This document shows, piece by piece, positions 25,239-38,308 of a stretch of DNA of 64,000 nt. Every line of letters begins with the position of its first letter. Within the stretch, counting starts at the first letter, position 1. Source of the DNA: Octopus vulgaris (Eukaryota); the NCBI GenBank assembly GCA_951406725.2, contig OX597817.1, positions 45,074,001-45,138,000 of the forward strand, written 5' to 3'. Below the pieces are notes generated by a model, which was not told where the DNA came from, searched no databases, and was given only the letters and a program-made list of their open reading frames with translations. A program made the translations under genes and the position numbers.

Positions 25239-25793
25239 TTGGATTGTCCAGAAGGTTCGTGCCGATTTTTTAAAAGAAAGAAGAAGATCAATAAATACTT
25301 GCCATTACATTTTTAATCAACCAAATATCAACCGATGTGTTACACAATGCGTCTCCATCTTTCTTTTAACTTGAAAATACCCTCTTCCCAGAATTGAGGT
25401 GGTTTCATGGCAACGTATCTTTTTACGTCATCCAAGGAATTGAAGTTTTTACCATTAAGCCTATTCTGCAGAGACCTGAATAAGTGGAAGTCCGAAATAG
25501 CAATATCTGGTGAATATGGAGAGTGGGGTAACACAGCTCAGCCGAGCTGCAGCAATTTTTGTCTGGTTCCCAAAGCATCAAGTGCCGAAAATGAACTTTC
25601 TTATCTTCTCATTTAAAGGGTTACAGAATTAACATGGGTTATACGAACATAAACCTACTTCCACGAAAAGACAGCTTAAACTGTGCTCTAACTGGAGGTG
25701 TAGTCAAATCCTATTTTCTGGACTCAACCATTTTCTAAAATAAGTCGAAATGTAAACTACTGTAAATCGGCACAAACTTTCCGGACGACCTAA
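25239..25793 (-). mobile_element. Internally deleted mariner transposon
   Basis: TIRs ttggattgtccagaaggttcgtgccgattt / aaatcggcacaaactttccggacgacctaa with TA on both sides. Minus ORF LPHSPYSPDIAISDFHLFRSLQN matches the mariner HPPYSPDLAPSD C-terminus. Confidence 0.9.
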
Positions 25794-25799
25794 TAAAAA

Positions 25800-27850
25800 G
25801 AGTAACTTGAGATCGAAAATGAGCTAACTACAGCGTCTTCAAGAATGAGCTCGAAAGGGAGTGTAAACAAACACAAGAATGAAAGTGCAATGTTAAAGCT
25901 GAAGAGCATCTAATTGTATAACTGAACCAACAACAGACACCAAAGATAGCTAAGGTAAAGCGGTAAGTGAATCATTTAGTAAAGTTCCAGCAGAACAAGC
26001 CAACTTCAAATGATTAGAAAATATGGTTTAAAAATTGAAAGGCGACGGTGGAGATATAAATAAGACACAATACTCCGGTACTATATCCAGGGAGATGGAA
26101 CTAATTTGGAATGGTATAAACAGTAAGAATGGCTGTCAAGATGGTGAAGCATAATTAAAAAGAGCAGAAACAGCAGGCCAATCATTGTAAAACAATGTTC
26201 TAAATTGCTTAGCAGGAAGGTCTTTGCAAAGGGTCGTAATGTTTTCTTGCTGGAAAACATTAAAACACCCAGGATAATTTATCGGACAAATTACTGACAA
26301 TCTTCAGAGATTTACGTCCACAGGCAGATGTTGACAGGTTATATTTCAACCGGGGAAAATTGAACAGAAAGCCTGATATAATGTAGAAACTGTGTTGGGA
26401 ATAAATAATAAGGTATTTTCGTTTGCAGTATTATGATAGTTGTTAGCTGAAGCAATGGGAAACAAGTGAAGTGATGGAAGCTAGAGTGTGACAGTGCAAA
26501 TAGAAGAAATTAAATGTAACGTTGTTTCGAAATATTGAAAAAATCATTTCAGTGACTGAAGTTAGGTTAGGTTTTTCTTTGTTAGATGACTGTTAAGACA
26601 AACCTAATGAAATAACAAGGAAAACGTGTTGCCCCCTCCCAATATAACTTAATGGTTTCACTGTTGTTATGGAAAATGATATACCGGACTTGCTGATATC
26701 TTCTATGCAGAATAGACATGTAGGAGTATAATGCACTTAATGAACAGAAAAGTTATCGGACTAATTCAAGGGGGATAACTCCAGTTGCTGATCAAAGAGA
26801 TGGTCATAAAAAAACAGGATTTTTTTGAAATGGGATGAATCGATTACCATGAAGCCTTCGATTTCGTAGACACTAAAAATATTCAAAATGACAGAAAACA
26901 TCGTTCAACAGAAAATAAAGAGCATGGAAAACTGGACGATAGAGTTAAATATCCAAGTGATTGCTTATCATCCTTATTTGTTATTGCTCTTCCAGTTTCC
27001 TAAGAATCGAGAAAAGAAAAACCCGAATTTTGTCTAGAAAAAAATTAAATAGTTAACCAGTGGCTAGTCATTGATTCTCCAGTCAGAAGTGCTTAGTTAT
27101 GACATCAGATTACAATTTGATATTTCTTTCTGGTGGATAATTTTTATTAAGGAATAGAGACACTATAAAACTTTATGAAATGAATCCACCGGCCAAAGAT
27201 ACGAGAGATGAATAGAAATTGTGGATATAAGTGTTTGCGTATCGTGAAAGATATTGGTATAAATGATAGTACAATAAAAGACAAATTCAGCTGTGAATAT
27301 TTCCGAAAAGTACGGAGGATAATATAACTTGAACTCAATGGAATAAATATTTCCACTGATGTAATTTCCATAGAATTATTCATCTTCAGATATAACGAAA
27401 TTTTAATAACCAATCAGAGATCTTGAAAGATAGGAAAAGACGGAAATTACTGACAATCTTCAGAGATTTACGTCCACAGGCAGATGCTGAGAGGAAAAAT
27501 TGAACAGAAAGCTTGATATAATGTAGAAACTATGTTGGGAATAAATAATAAGGTATTTTCGTTTGCAGTATTATGATAGTTGTTAGCTGAAGCAATGGGA
27601 AACAAGTGAAATGGTGAGAGCTAGAGTGTGACAATGCAAATAGAAGAGATTAACTGTAATGTTGTTTCGAAATATTAGAAATCATTTCAGGGAGTAAAGA
27701 AGAGGATCTTGAAGAAAGGGACATATGGCTTGATTGTAGCTGCTCAGTTTCGAGCCCTCTGAATAAGATATATCGAGAGGTTTATTGATTGATAAAGAAC
27801 ATATCTCTATTGAGCCTTGACTAAATTCTTAAAGCAATGAGAATCCTGCG
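25800..27850 (+). pseudogene. Old R4/Dong-clade non-LTR retrotransposon fragment
   Basis: Remnants IDY..AFD (~26840), HPQADVDRLY (26318), GLIVAAQ..AL (~27728). Heavily disrupted. Confidence 0.55.
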
Positions 27851-27924
27851 TATGTATCCTTTCAAAGTATGATGCTTTCTCAGTTGGTATATAATAACTT
27901 GAAACATTATTGAATATGATTCCT

Positions 27925-28407
27925 GGTGTGGCTGTGTGGTAAGAATCTTTCTTCCCAACCACATTATGTTACGGAGGCGAGCTGATAGAAAGTTTAGCAT
28001 GTCGGGCGAAATACTTAGCGGTATTTGGTCTGTCGATCAAATCGACAAAATTTCGCCAAGGTGACGTTTCCTTTCATCCTTTCGGGATCGATAAATTAAG
28101 TACCAGTTGCGTACTGGGGTCGATCTAATCGCTTGGTACCCTGCCCCAAAATTTTGTGCCTTGTGCCTAGAGTGGAAAAGAATATTTTAAGGCCGCGAGC
28201 TGTCAGAATCGTTAACACACCGGGCGAAATGCATAGCGTTATTTCATCTGTCTTTATGTTCTGTCTTCAAACTGTGCTGGGGTTGACTTTATATTTCATC
28301 CTTTCGAGATCGATAAATTAAGTACCAGTTGTGTACTAGGGTCGATCTAATCGCCTGGCACCCTGCCCTATAATTTTGTAATTGTGCCTAGCGCAGAAAA
28401 GAATATT
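27925..28407 (+). mobile_element. SINE cluster: family C head followed by two tandem family-A SINEs
   Basis: gtggctgtgtggtaag head, then two copies of ttcatcctttcg.gatcgataaattaagtaccagttg (~28073 and ~28296), followed by (TAA)n. Confidence 0.8.
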
Positions 28408-28438
28408 GGATTTATCAGATTTCAGTGATACAAATACG

Positions 28439-28496
<58 letters not shown>

Positions 28497-28525
28497 TGAT
28501 AATAATTATGATAATAATAATAATG

Positions 28526-28568
<43 letters not shown>

Positions 28569-28632
28569 TAATAATAATAATAATGATGATAATAATGATA
28601 ATAACGATGATAATAATAATAACAACAACAAC

Positions 28633-28673
<41 letters not shown>
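28439..28673. repeat. (TAA)n microsatellite
   Basis: Seen directly. Confidence 0.95.
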
Positions 28674-28674
<1 letters not shown>

Positions 28675-29109
28675 CTTCTGTATTGTAGTGCGTAAATATG
28701 TTTGCATTCTCGGTCGAAAGTTCGCGTACTTTCTATGTTGATTCAATATCTTTTTACCTAGCATCTCTTTGTGTTCAGCTGAATACAGGTGACAGATAGC
28801 ACCTGCTTAGTTTCATCTAATATTTATTCCGCATATATATTTAATTATATCATAGTTTTCATAAATCCACTTTCATTTCGTTCAAATAATTAAAGAGAAA
28901 TATTTTTACGATATATTAGGGTAATTAATTTTTCACAATCTTTCCATACACAATCTTATTATAATAGTTATCTATACGAGGATATATTTATATATGTATA
29001 TCCCAAATATCTAGTATATTTCTCTCACTATCAATTTATCTATCTGTCTATCTATATATATATATGTATATAGCTATATATATATACAAACACACACATA
29101 TATATATAT

Positions 29110-29168
<59 letters not shown>

Positions 29169-29326
29169 CAACTTGAGATAGGGTTGTAAATGCAACCCTC
29201 CATGGGATAACATACATCCAATATACTGCTACCCAAAGTTAATACATAAATGTTAATGATTGCGATGCAATCAATTCATCTACTGTATTATATGTGCAAA
29301 GGTAAAATGATTTACCACAAATTATT

Positions 29327-29962
29327 AATACAAGATAAGAAAATGGAGAAATGCATCTAAATCAAATATCAATTACCAGATTATACTCAATCACATACTT
29401 TATTAAACCACCACATAAGAGACCCTAGGGTTAAATATAAAAAGCAGAACAAATCAGTGTACATAAAGGAATGTACATAAAAAAGTGTACATAAAAGAGT
29501 AATGTTGTATAATAAGTAGAATATATATAAAAGAGAATATAAATATAAGTAAATATAAATATAAGTATAGATTACATGTTACAGCTGTTTTGGCCATGTA
29601 GATAAGTATGTCTCATTTTACCAATATTAGCCTTTATCTATATATTGACCTACCATAAATGGCTAATATTGGTAAAATGAGGCATACTTATCTACATGGC
29701 CGAAACAGCTGTAAGATGTAATCTATACTTATATTAATATTTACTTATATTTATATTCTCTTTTATATATATTCTCCTTATTATACAACATTACTCTTTT
29801 ATGTACACTTTTTTATGTACATTCCTTTACGTACACTGATTTGTTCTGCTTTTTATATTTAATCCTAGAGTCTCTTATGTGGTGGTTTAATAAAGTATGT
29901 GATTGAGTATTATCTGGCAATTGACATTTGATGTAGATGTATTTCTCCATTTTCTTATCTTG

Positions 29963-29966
<4 letters not shown>
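29327..29966. repeat. Inverted repeat with ~310-bp arms and 17-bp spacer, in a (TA)n-flanked Penelope-like insert
   Basis: Arms 29327-29637 and 29655-29966 with scattered mismatches. Contains an HHR 3' half, GAAACAGCTGTA (29702-29713). Confidence 0.92.
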
Positions 29967-30023
<57 letters not shown>

Positions 30024-30132
30024 TTTTTTCCTTAGGTTTGTATATGTGTGCAGGGTTTATTTCATAAATATATTAATGTCTCGCAATGTTTTAAAAAAGC
30101 AGTTTTATCGTTCGACTATAGAACTCGCTTCC

Positions 30133-30179
<47 letters not shown>

Positions 30180-30183
<4 letters not shown>

Positions 30184-30313
30184 ACGGGCTTCTTTCACTT
30201 TCCGTTTACCAATCCATTCACAATGCTTTGGTCGGCTCAAGGATATACAGTGGAATTGAACCCGAAAACATGTTGGTGAAAAGAAACCATCTTACCGCAC
30301 AGCGACTCCTGCG
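30180..30313 (-). mobile_element. SINE family C, 5' part
   Basis: Matches the head region of 62160-62559. Confidence 0.7.
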
Positions 30314-31022
30314 TGATAAGAGATTTTTGTTTCCAAATGTGATAATACCGGCCGTGATGAAAAGATTCTAAAATTGATGGACATTTTGATGAATAAATAG
30401 AAGATATATACAATGTCTTATATGATATGGAACATTTGTGCAACAAGATCTAACGATGTACAAACAAGTATATCTAGTTTAACATAATATATTAACGTTT
30501 ATATTTAAGATTACAAATGACAAGTAAATATACTTAGTTATGCGTTTAAAGCTAAGATTTATTTGACATATATTGAGCATCCTTATATCTGATATTATGC
30601 ATAAATATAGAATTCTTCCATAATCAATAATTGCTAATGATTAAATCAGAGCAGGGAACAAATTGAATGTAAATATTACACAGAATAAATACAAAATTAA
30701 GAGATGAAAATGAAAAATCGACAAACCAAAATATTAAGAAAGTGTTTTAACTGCTAGTTGAATCTACGTAGGTATTTACAGAGCGGTGAATATCACCGTG
30801 AACTTCAATTCATATGCAAGATGGCCTCCAAAACGGAATTGACTGAACGAGTATGTAAATGCAGAAACAGCCAAACGGCATAAATATAAATGTTCATATC
30901 TGACATCATTTGCAGTCCTATTCTCATATATATGCATACTTTTATTTCATATATAACTATCTCTGTATCGATATATGAAATGATACAAAATATATGACTA
31001 TATGTGTGTGCGTGTGTGCTGC

Positions 31023-31082
<60 letters not shown>

Positions 31083-31225
31083 ATCTTATATGTATACAAT
31101 TTTCCCTAAAAGACGGATCTACAAATTCAATATTCCTACATATCTCACATCTGTTTTCTTTCCTCGACCTCACTTTATTTTGTATCATATCTAAATTAAT
31201 TATTACTTAACTATTCTCTCACACC

Positions 31226-31278
31226 GTCCCTGATGAAGGGATATAATTAATAAATATCCTGGAAAAAGCTGTAAGATT
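31226..31278 (+). ncRNA. Type-I hammerhead motif (degenerate) in a ~270-bp (TA)n-flanked insert
   Basis: CTGATGA(31230-31236)-agggatat..atatcctg-GAAA-aagctg-TA-agat, which is GAAACAGCTGTA with one substitution. Confidence 0.6.
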
Positions 31279-34039
31279 TTCTATCTATAAATTTTCTAAA
31301 ATCTACCCAGCCTTGGTTTTTTGTCTCATTACGAAAAAAGAAATATATATATATAAATGTTTTTAAGACAATTGTAAGGCAAGGCAAGTAGAGAGAGGAG
31401 ATAGATAGAGAAAAAATAGAGATAGAACTAGAGACAGAGAAAAAGAGAAAGAGTTAGAGAGAAAGAGCTGGAGAGAGAGAGAGAGAGAGTGATAGAGGGA
31501 AGAAAGAAAGAGAGAGAAAGGGAAAGAGATGGCTGCTTAGAAGAATACAGTGTAAAATGAAAAAGCAAGTTATTTGTACTCTTGTGGTTCAATGTTTTTG
31601 CGCGCTATTTGATACACGATTTCAGCCGTGGAATTCTTCGGTGGGTGTGGTTCTAGTCTAGTATGTGCCTATAATGACAATGTCATCGCAGATATATGCG
31701 CAAGCTTCTAATGTTACATGCGTACTTTAAAGAGGTCAGCAACCGATCTCTTTTAGAATATATACCTGTTCAGCTTGGAGTGCGAATCGTTGGGAAGAAT
31801 TTTCTTGTTGGTATAACAGCGTTGGCTATCATGAAATATTAAGAAATTGTGAAGTATTGCATTTTAAATGAGCTTGAATTTTTTTATCGTGTAATTATTC
31901 AATGAAGTATCGTTGTAATATTGTTTCAATATTTGAGTGAGATCGTGTGCCATTTCTGGCAAATTGAACAACAACATACCGGTTGATGGCACAAGTGTTT
32001 TCACGAGGATGTGCATTTTTGTAAAAGTAAACATAATGTGTACAGTTTTCATTTTTGGTACATTGTTGTTTGTGGTGAGGAAGTTACAGAAGACAGAGCT
32101 GAAATATTCTCTGCTGAGATTTATGTACTGAGAGAAATGACAGTGAGACAAGACGTTTATAAATGTTACGAAGAATATAGTTCCTATACTGTATATTTGG
32201 ATATATATGCTACATAGAGTAAAGTAACTTGAAACTTACAGTTTGGCAATTAAGTTTCATGGCTCTCTTTTCAAAAACGGTGTAATGTTTTGCGAATATC
32301 AATGATGATAATCTCTATGGCTATAGAGAAAATCTTCATTAAATCTGACACGGAAAAATATTATTTATACTTAAAGAGAAGGATCGGAAATTGAAATTAT
32401 TAAAATTAATGGCTGCTGGCATATTATATGCTTGCAAGTTATAGGAAAAGGGGAGGTGATGGATACATTTGATAAGGGGAGCATCTGTATCTTGAATATG
32501 TACAATTCCATTCATTGGAGTAATTGGAGAAGGGCAATATATGTGGTGTTAGCTGAGTTGATATTGAGCTGTAATTAACAGTGTTTGATAAGGCCTCAAA
32601 AGACGATAAAAGACCAGAAAAATTGACAGATTTGTCTGATGAGGCAGCATTATTTATCTTGTAGAGCAACAGAAAGAGGATTTCGTGCATTCGCTAGGCA
32701 TAGTCGTTACAAAATACAGATGGATTCAGCAAAAAAATAGTAATCGAGGAGAGCTTAAAGCTACGTGATGAATAACTTCGTGTTTAATTTTCCAACAGTA
32801 AATTAATATCCCTCGCTGAATGTTGATGAATAAATGCATGCTGGTAATGTAGGAAACGTTTTCCCACTGGATACGAACCTGTTGGAAACGTTGTAGGGAA
32901 ACAATTCGCTGTATAGGTGGTGGTAAATGTATTTGACAGCGGTTACATAATTCAGCCTAATCAGACGCAGTGCTCTATATTTGTCCTCAGGGTTATATAG
33001 AACCGGCTGTGCACCTCAACACTAGCACATCACAGATCTTGCTTTAGGTCATCGACACCTATACAACTGACTCCAGTATCCACCGACACAGATAGTGTGA
33101 ATACATTTAATCATGATGTTGAAATCTCAAAGTGCAAAAACTACACTCGCATTTTCAGTAATTATACATTAATTATAAAATCAGTCAAGTTTTAAGAATG
33201 GTGCAATGAATATAGAGTAAGAAGAAAAGAAAAAGAAATGAAAAACATTTTTTTCAGTTAGAGGAATTCAGCTTGGAATAGAAACCTTGCTAGAGATTTC
33301 ACAATCTAAATTTTTTTCACGCAATTTTTTTTTCGGCGCAACTCAAGTTAAGTAAATGACATAATAGAAAAAAAAAATGCCTGTAAAATGTCGCACGCAA
33401 TTTCAGCTATCAATTGATTTTCAAAGAAATTAAGTTTTCTATGTGGCATTAAAGTAAGTATAATACAATTATTTTACCGATTCCTGAAGACGTAGCACAA
33501 TACTTAAATTCCCGCTAATGAATCAGCATTTATCATGACGTCATAGGACTGTTTTTTTTTGAAATTCATTTTCCATGCTAATAAGTCTCGTAAGAAAATG
33601 CATTGGTACCGTCATGCGTAACAACATGATGTCTCACCTACAAAACAAGGATTATGGAATTTTATGCGTATCACGGTTTCTTACTTTTAGTTTTATCATC
33701 TTTGAAAAGCTGCTAATTCGTCAACGTCATTGCACATCACTTCCGAAACATATTATTTATTTTTTGCTCATTAACTCGGGATTTCATTACAGATTTATAG
33801 AATTAGTTCTCAACCGCTCGGATGCTATTATTTCCCATTAGTTATCGCATACATGTTTAAAATCAAAACACACGTAGAAATGCATAAAGACAAAGTGGAT
33901 TAATACAAATTAGCGTACAATATTTGTAGAAATATTTCACACGGTGTATCTTATGCAAACCACAGAAACAGGCAAATGCCAGTTACATGTAATTTCTGTT
34001 ACTCATCAGGTTATATGAGAGCACATAAATGAGGATTTG

Positions 34040-34090
<51 letters not shown>

Positions 34091-34103
34091 ACAAGCACAC
34101 ACA

Positions 34104-34188
<85 letters not shown>

Positions 34189-34236
34189 GGAAAAAAGTCA
34201 AGGTAGATAATGCTAAAATGATTTTATAAAAAAACA

Positions 34237-34277
34237 TTTCAGTACCAGTTTGGTCATTGAGACTTTTTCAACTGAAA
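34237..34277 (-). ncRNA. Hammerhead variant with U3-A8 core (degenerate)
   Basis: Minus strand: tttcag-TTGAAAA-agtc-tcaat-gacc-AAA-ctgg-TA-ctgaaa. Perfect 6-bp stem I; G12 is lost or substituted. Confidence 0.5.
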
Positions 34278-34437
34278 GTATGTAAAGCAATTACATTTTG
34301 GAAAAAGTAAATGAAAATAATTTTAAAAGAATATTTGCATGGTATTCAAAAACAAGGGGCATTTTCCTTGTTTCTGCTTGTCTTTGTCTCCATTGTTTAC
34401 TGTCCTCGATTCGCGATCGTTGAGAATTCTTGGCATA

Positions 34438-34441
34438 GAAG

Positions 34442-34473
<32 letters not shown>

Positions 34474-34525
34474 GAAGAAGAAGAAGAAGAAGAGAAGAAG
34501 AAGAAAGAAAAAGAAGAAGAAGAAA
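34438..34525. repeat. (GAA)n microsatellite
   Basis: Seen directly. Confidence 0.93.
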
Positions 34526-34989
34526 AGGAAGTAAAAAAAGAACGAGAAAATAATGTTGGAATGGGATATTAGTAGGATATTAAATGGTCAAGTGCCCTAA
34601 AGGTGACTTGTTGTGGATGGTAATAATGATTGAATTCTTGAGATATCCCTTTTGAATGTATTGTTTATAATAATTGCGTAGGTGTTATTCTAGACTGCAG
34701 TTGTGGTAAAGTAAGGAAAGAGGTTGTAGAGATGAAGAAGAAGACGAAGAAGGAGACAGAGAATAAGAGAGAAAATAATAAGATAAAGCAGGATGGTAGG
34801 ATAGTAGTAGGATGTTAAATGGTCAAGTGACCTTAAAGTGACTCGTTGTTGATTACAGCAGTGATTGGGACTGTTTTTAATGAATTCTTGGGTATCTCTT
34901 ATGAATGTATCATTTTTAATATTTGATTGTGTGATATTCTAAGGTCGTGGTGGAAATGTCATTTGTTGTAGATACATTTAGAAGGGGTC

Positions 34990-35530
34990 TCTACATAGAA
35001 AATAACTGGAAGAGACACCTGGATGACTGTTTCATTATTTGGCATGAAAGTATAGAGAGACTTAAAAAATGTCAATCACTTATGGAATATAGCCATCAAC
35101 AACTTCCCTTCCTCGACATCCTCATTAAGAAATCTAACAACGTAAAAGAAACAGATATATACTATAAGCCCACGGACATCAAGGAATATGTAATGTTCAT
35201 CTTATGCCACCCCAGACACACCATATTGAATATCCCCTTCAACCTAGCAAAAAGGATATGTACTATATATTTCTTTACTCTCATCAGCAGGAACTACCCA
35301 CCTTCACTAATTGACCTATGCTCTCAACCTGCCCTACAACTCAACATCCACGAACTCACACATCCCAAATTAAAGAAGGATTTACAACCAAAAGCCCTAC
35401 CATACATCTCCATTCACAACCCTCTTAACAATGAAGCCTTCGACACCATCCCTCAAAACATTCCCCTGCTAAAAAAGGACCACAGAATGAACTTAATCCT
35501 CTAAACACACACCATCATAAAAAGCAAGAG
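34990..35530 (+). pseudogene. Penelope-like element reverse transcriptase fragment
   Basis: WKRHLDDCFIIW, LPFLDILI, TDIYYKPTD and CHPRH..NIPFNLAKRI are PLE RT and thumb motifs. Internal deletions; YxDD changed to HLDD. Confidence 0.88.
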
Positions 35531-35744
35531 TAGTCCAACTGCTATTCTAAATTTCGGTATGTGGTGAAGCAAATTTTGCAGAGCCCTAATTATAATTATG
35601 CTCATAATTATAGAATTTTTGTATACGTTTACCGATAATGGTTCTTTTAACATAACGAACTACTTGGTAAAATTATCTGTTATTAATTGTTTAATTAATT
35701 TTACCATTTATTATTATTGATACACACACACATATATGCATATA

Positions 35745-35813
<69 letters not shown>

Positions 35814-36013
35814 TATCATATATATAAAACAGTAATGATCCCCTTCAGTCATGTATGACCATAGGATTGGTCCTAGAAAGTCCACCGAGGTATAAGGACG
35901 AGCAAGGCAGTCGCGTATGCATACCAGATGCATACCGATACAGCTTTGTACCAGTGACGTATCTCATTTCTACAGGTTATCGAACTGGAGCTTTAAACAC
36001 TGAGCCATGCGAC

Positions 36014-36052
<39 letters not shown>

Positions 36053-36094
36053 AGACATATATATATATATTAATCATTGTTGAAATTATTGTAA

Positions 36095-36312
36095 AGCGGC
36101 TCTGCTGGTAGAATCGTTAACACGGCATGCGAAATCATTAACGGTCTTACGCCTGCCGCTATATTCAGATTTGAAATTATGTCGAGGTCGACATTGCATT
36201 TCATCGTTTCGTAATCGATAAATTAAGTATTAGTAAAACAGTAAGGTCGATGTAATCGACTGTATCCCTCCCCTCAAAATTTCAGTTCTTGTACCTATAG
36301 TAGAAAGGATTA
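36095..36312 (+). mobile_element. SINE family A, old copy
   Basis: gaggtcgacattgcatttcatcgtttcgtaatcgataaattaagta. Confidence 0.7.
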
Positions 36313-36995
36313 TCGTAATTATTCTTATCGAATGAAGACATTTCACGACCTATTGATGCTTGAGTACTACATGTGCTCAACTCAGTTAATAAAAAAAAAG
36401 TGATCTACATACTGATATCTCTTCCCGTTCTTCCCTCTTTCTCTTGCACTACCTTTACTTCTCTCGGTCTCTCGCTCGATAACTTTTTATCTTTCTAACT
36501 ATTTACACAGACATTTTGAGCGTATATGTCTACGTGTTTTTGGTTTTGTGATTCTGTGCATTTGCCTATGGGTATATTTTAGAGTTTTCATACATAGATA
36601 TACCGCAACATGCCTTCTGTGCCCGTGCAAACGTCTGAAATTGCATAAGAGCATAAAGGATTTCTTGCGGAAATAATATATGATTTGCCTTTGGCTATGA
36701 TAACACTCTCAATATTGCGCTAACTTTCTCAAGACATCATATAAAGCTATATGAATTAATTTATCACTTCAATTCAAACTCATCAGGAGGTTGTCTGAAG
36801 TCAAGTCATAGAATTCTATAAAAAAAATTCAATTCGATTTTTATATACTTCAGATTTATCAAGTAAGATTCATTTTCAACTTCTTGCATGAAAGGTGATA
36901 CTGCTAGACATAATCTGGATATGTACATACATATATATACATTTCTATCTATCTATCAATCTATCTATCTGTGTATCTCTCTCTCTCTCTCTCTG

Positions 36996-37068
<73 letters not shown>

Positions 37069-37126
37069 GTATATATACATATATGTATATATATGTATAT
37101 GTATATATATGTATATGTACATGTGG

Positions 37127-37192
<66 letters not shown>

Positions 37193-37695
37193 GTAAGTGT
37201 AGAACGATGAAATGATTGGTCAACTTTGCATTGGTGGATATATTATTTCTTTATTTGTGAATTAAATCTGCTGTTGGTTTCATGTCAAGAAAAGTAGGAA
37301 AATAACAGAAAGCGTTAATAAATTTTCAAGCCGATTACTTGGAGAAAGGTTTTTGCCTCTCTATCCTTTTGTTTCCTTACCTACTTTCTTTTATAAAAAC
37401 TTAACGTCTGAACTTTCAAGAATGTACATTTGTTATGATATTCATCGGACATTTACACTTATATTACTTTCTATTGCTGTGAAACACATTGAAATTTATG
37501 TGAGCATTGGAACATTTGATCGATTAACCTGTTTTTTGTCAAAATTTTTACCTTATAAATTTACACACCTTGAAATACTTTATCTATATAGTTGTACCAT
37601 TGATTAGCAAAAATATTGACGAATGTGGTTTGGTATTTGCATAAACCTATTGTAAAATTTTAAAACGACTACACGTCTACTAGCGGTTTGTCTGT

Positions 37696-37785
<90 letters not shown>

Positions 37786-37864
37786 ATATAATGTGAATTT
37801 TGATTTAGTGTGCTAAATAGAATTTTTTCCCCTGATACGTTGGAATTATTACAATCCCTATCTA

Positions 37865-37915
<51 letters not shown>

Positions 37916-37939
37916 ATGTATGTGTGTGTGTGTGTGTGT

Positions 37940-38103
37940 GTGTACGACGGGCTGGTTTCAGCTTCTGTCTAACAAATCCACTCACATGGCTTTGGTCGGA
38001 CCGAAGCTACAATACACACTTACGGAAGGTGCCAGGCAGTGGGACTGAACCCAGAACCATATGGTTTGTAAGCAAGCTACTTGCCACACAACCACGCTCG
38101 CGT
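37940..38103 (-). mobile_element. SINE family C, 5' part
   Basis: gggactgaacccagaaccat...agcaagctacttgccacacaaccac. Confidence 0.75.
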
Positions 38104-38122
38104 CTGCATATGTGTGTGTGTG

Positions 38123-38198
<76 letters not shown>

Positions 38199-38215
38199 TA
38201 TTATATATCTATCTT

Positions 38216-38308
<93 letters not shown>

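Noticed and set aside
31570-32760. Possible decayed hAT transposase
   Set aside because: Only vague similarity; no TIR, TSD or clear motif I can support.
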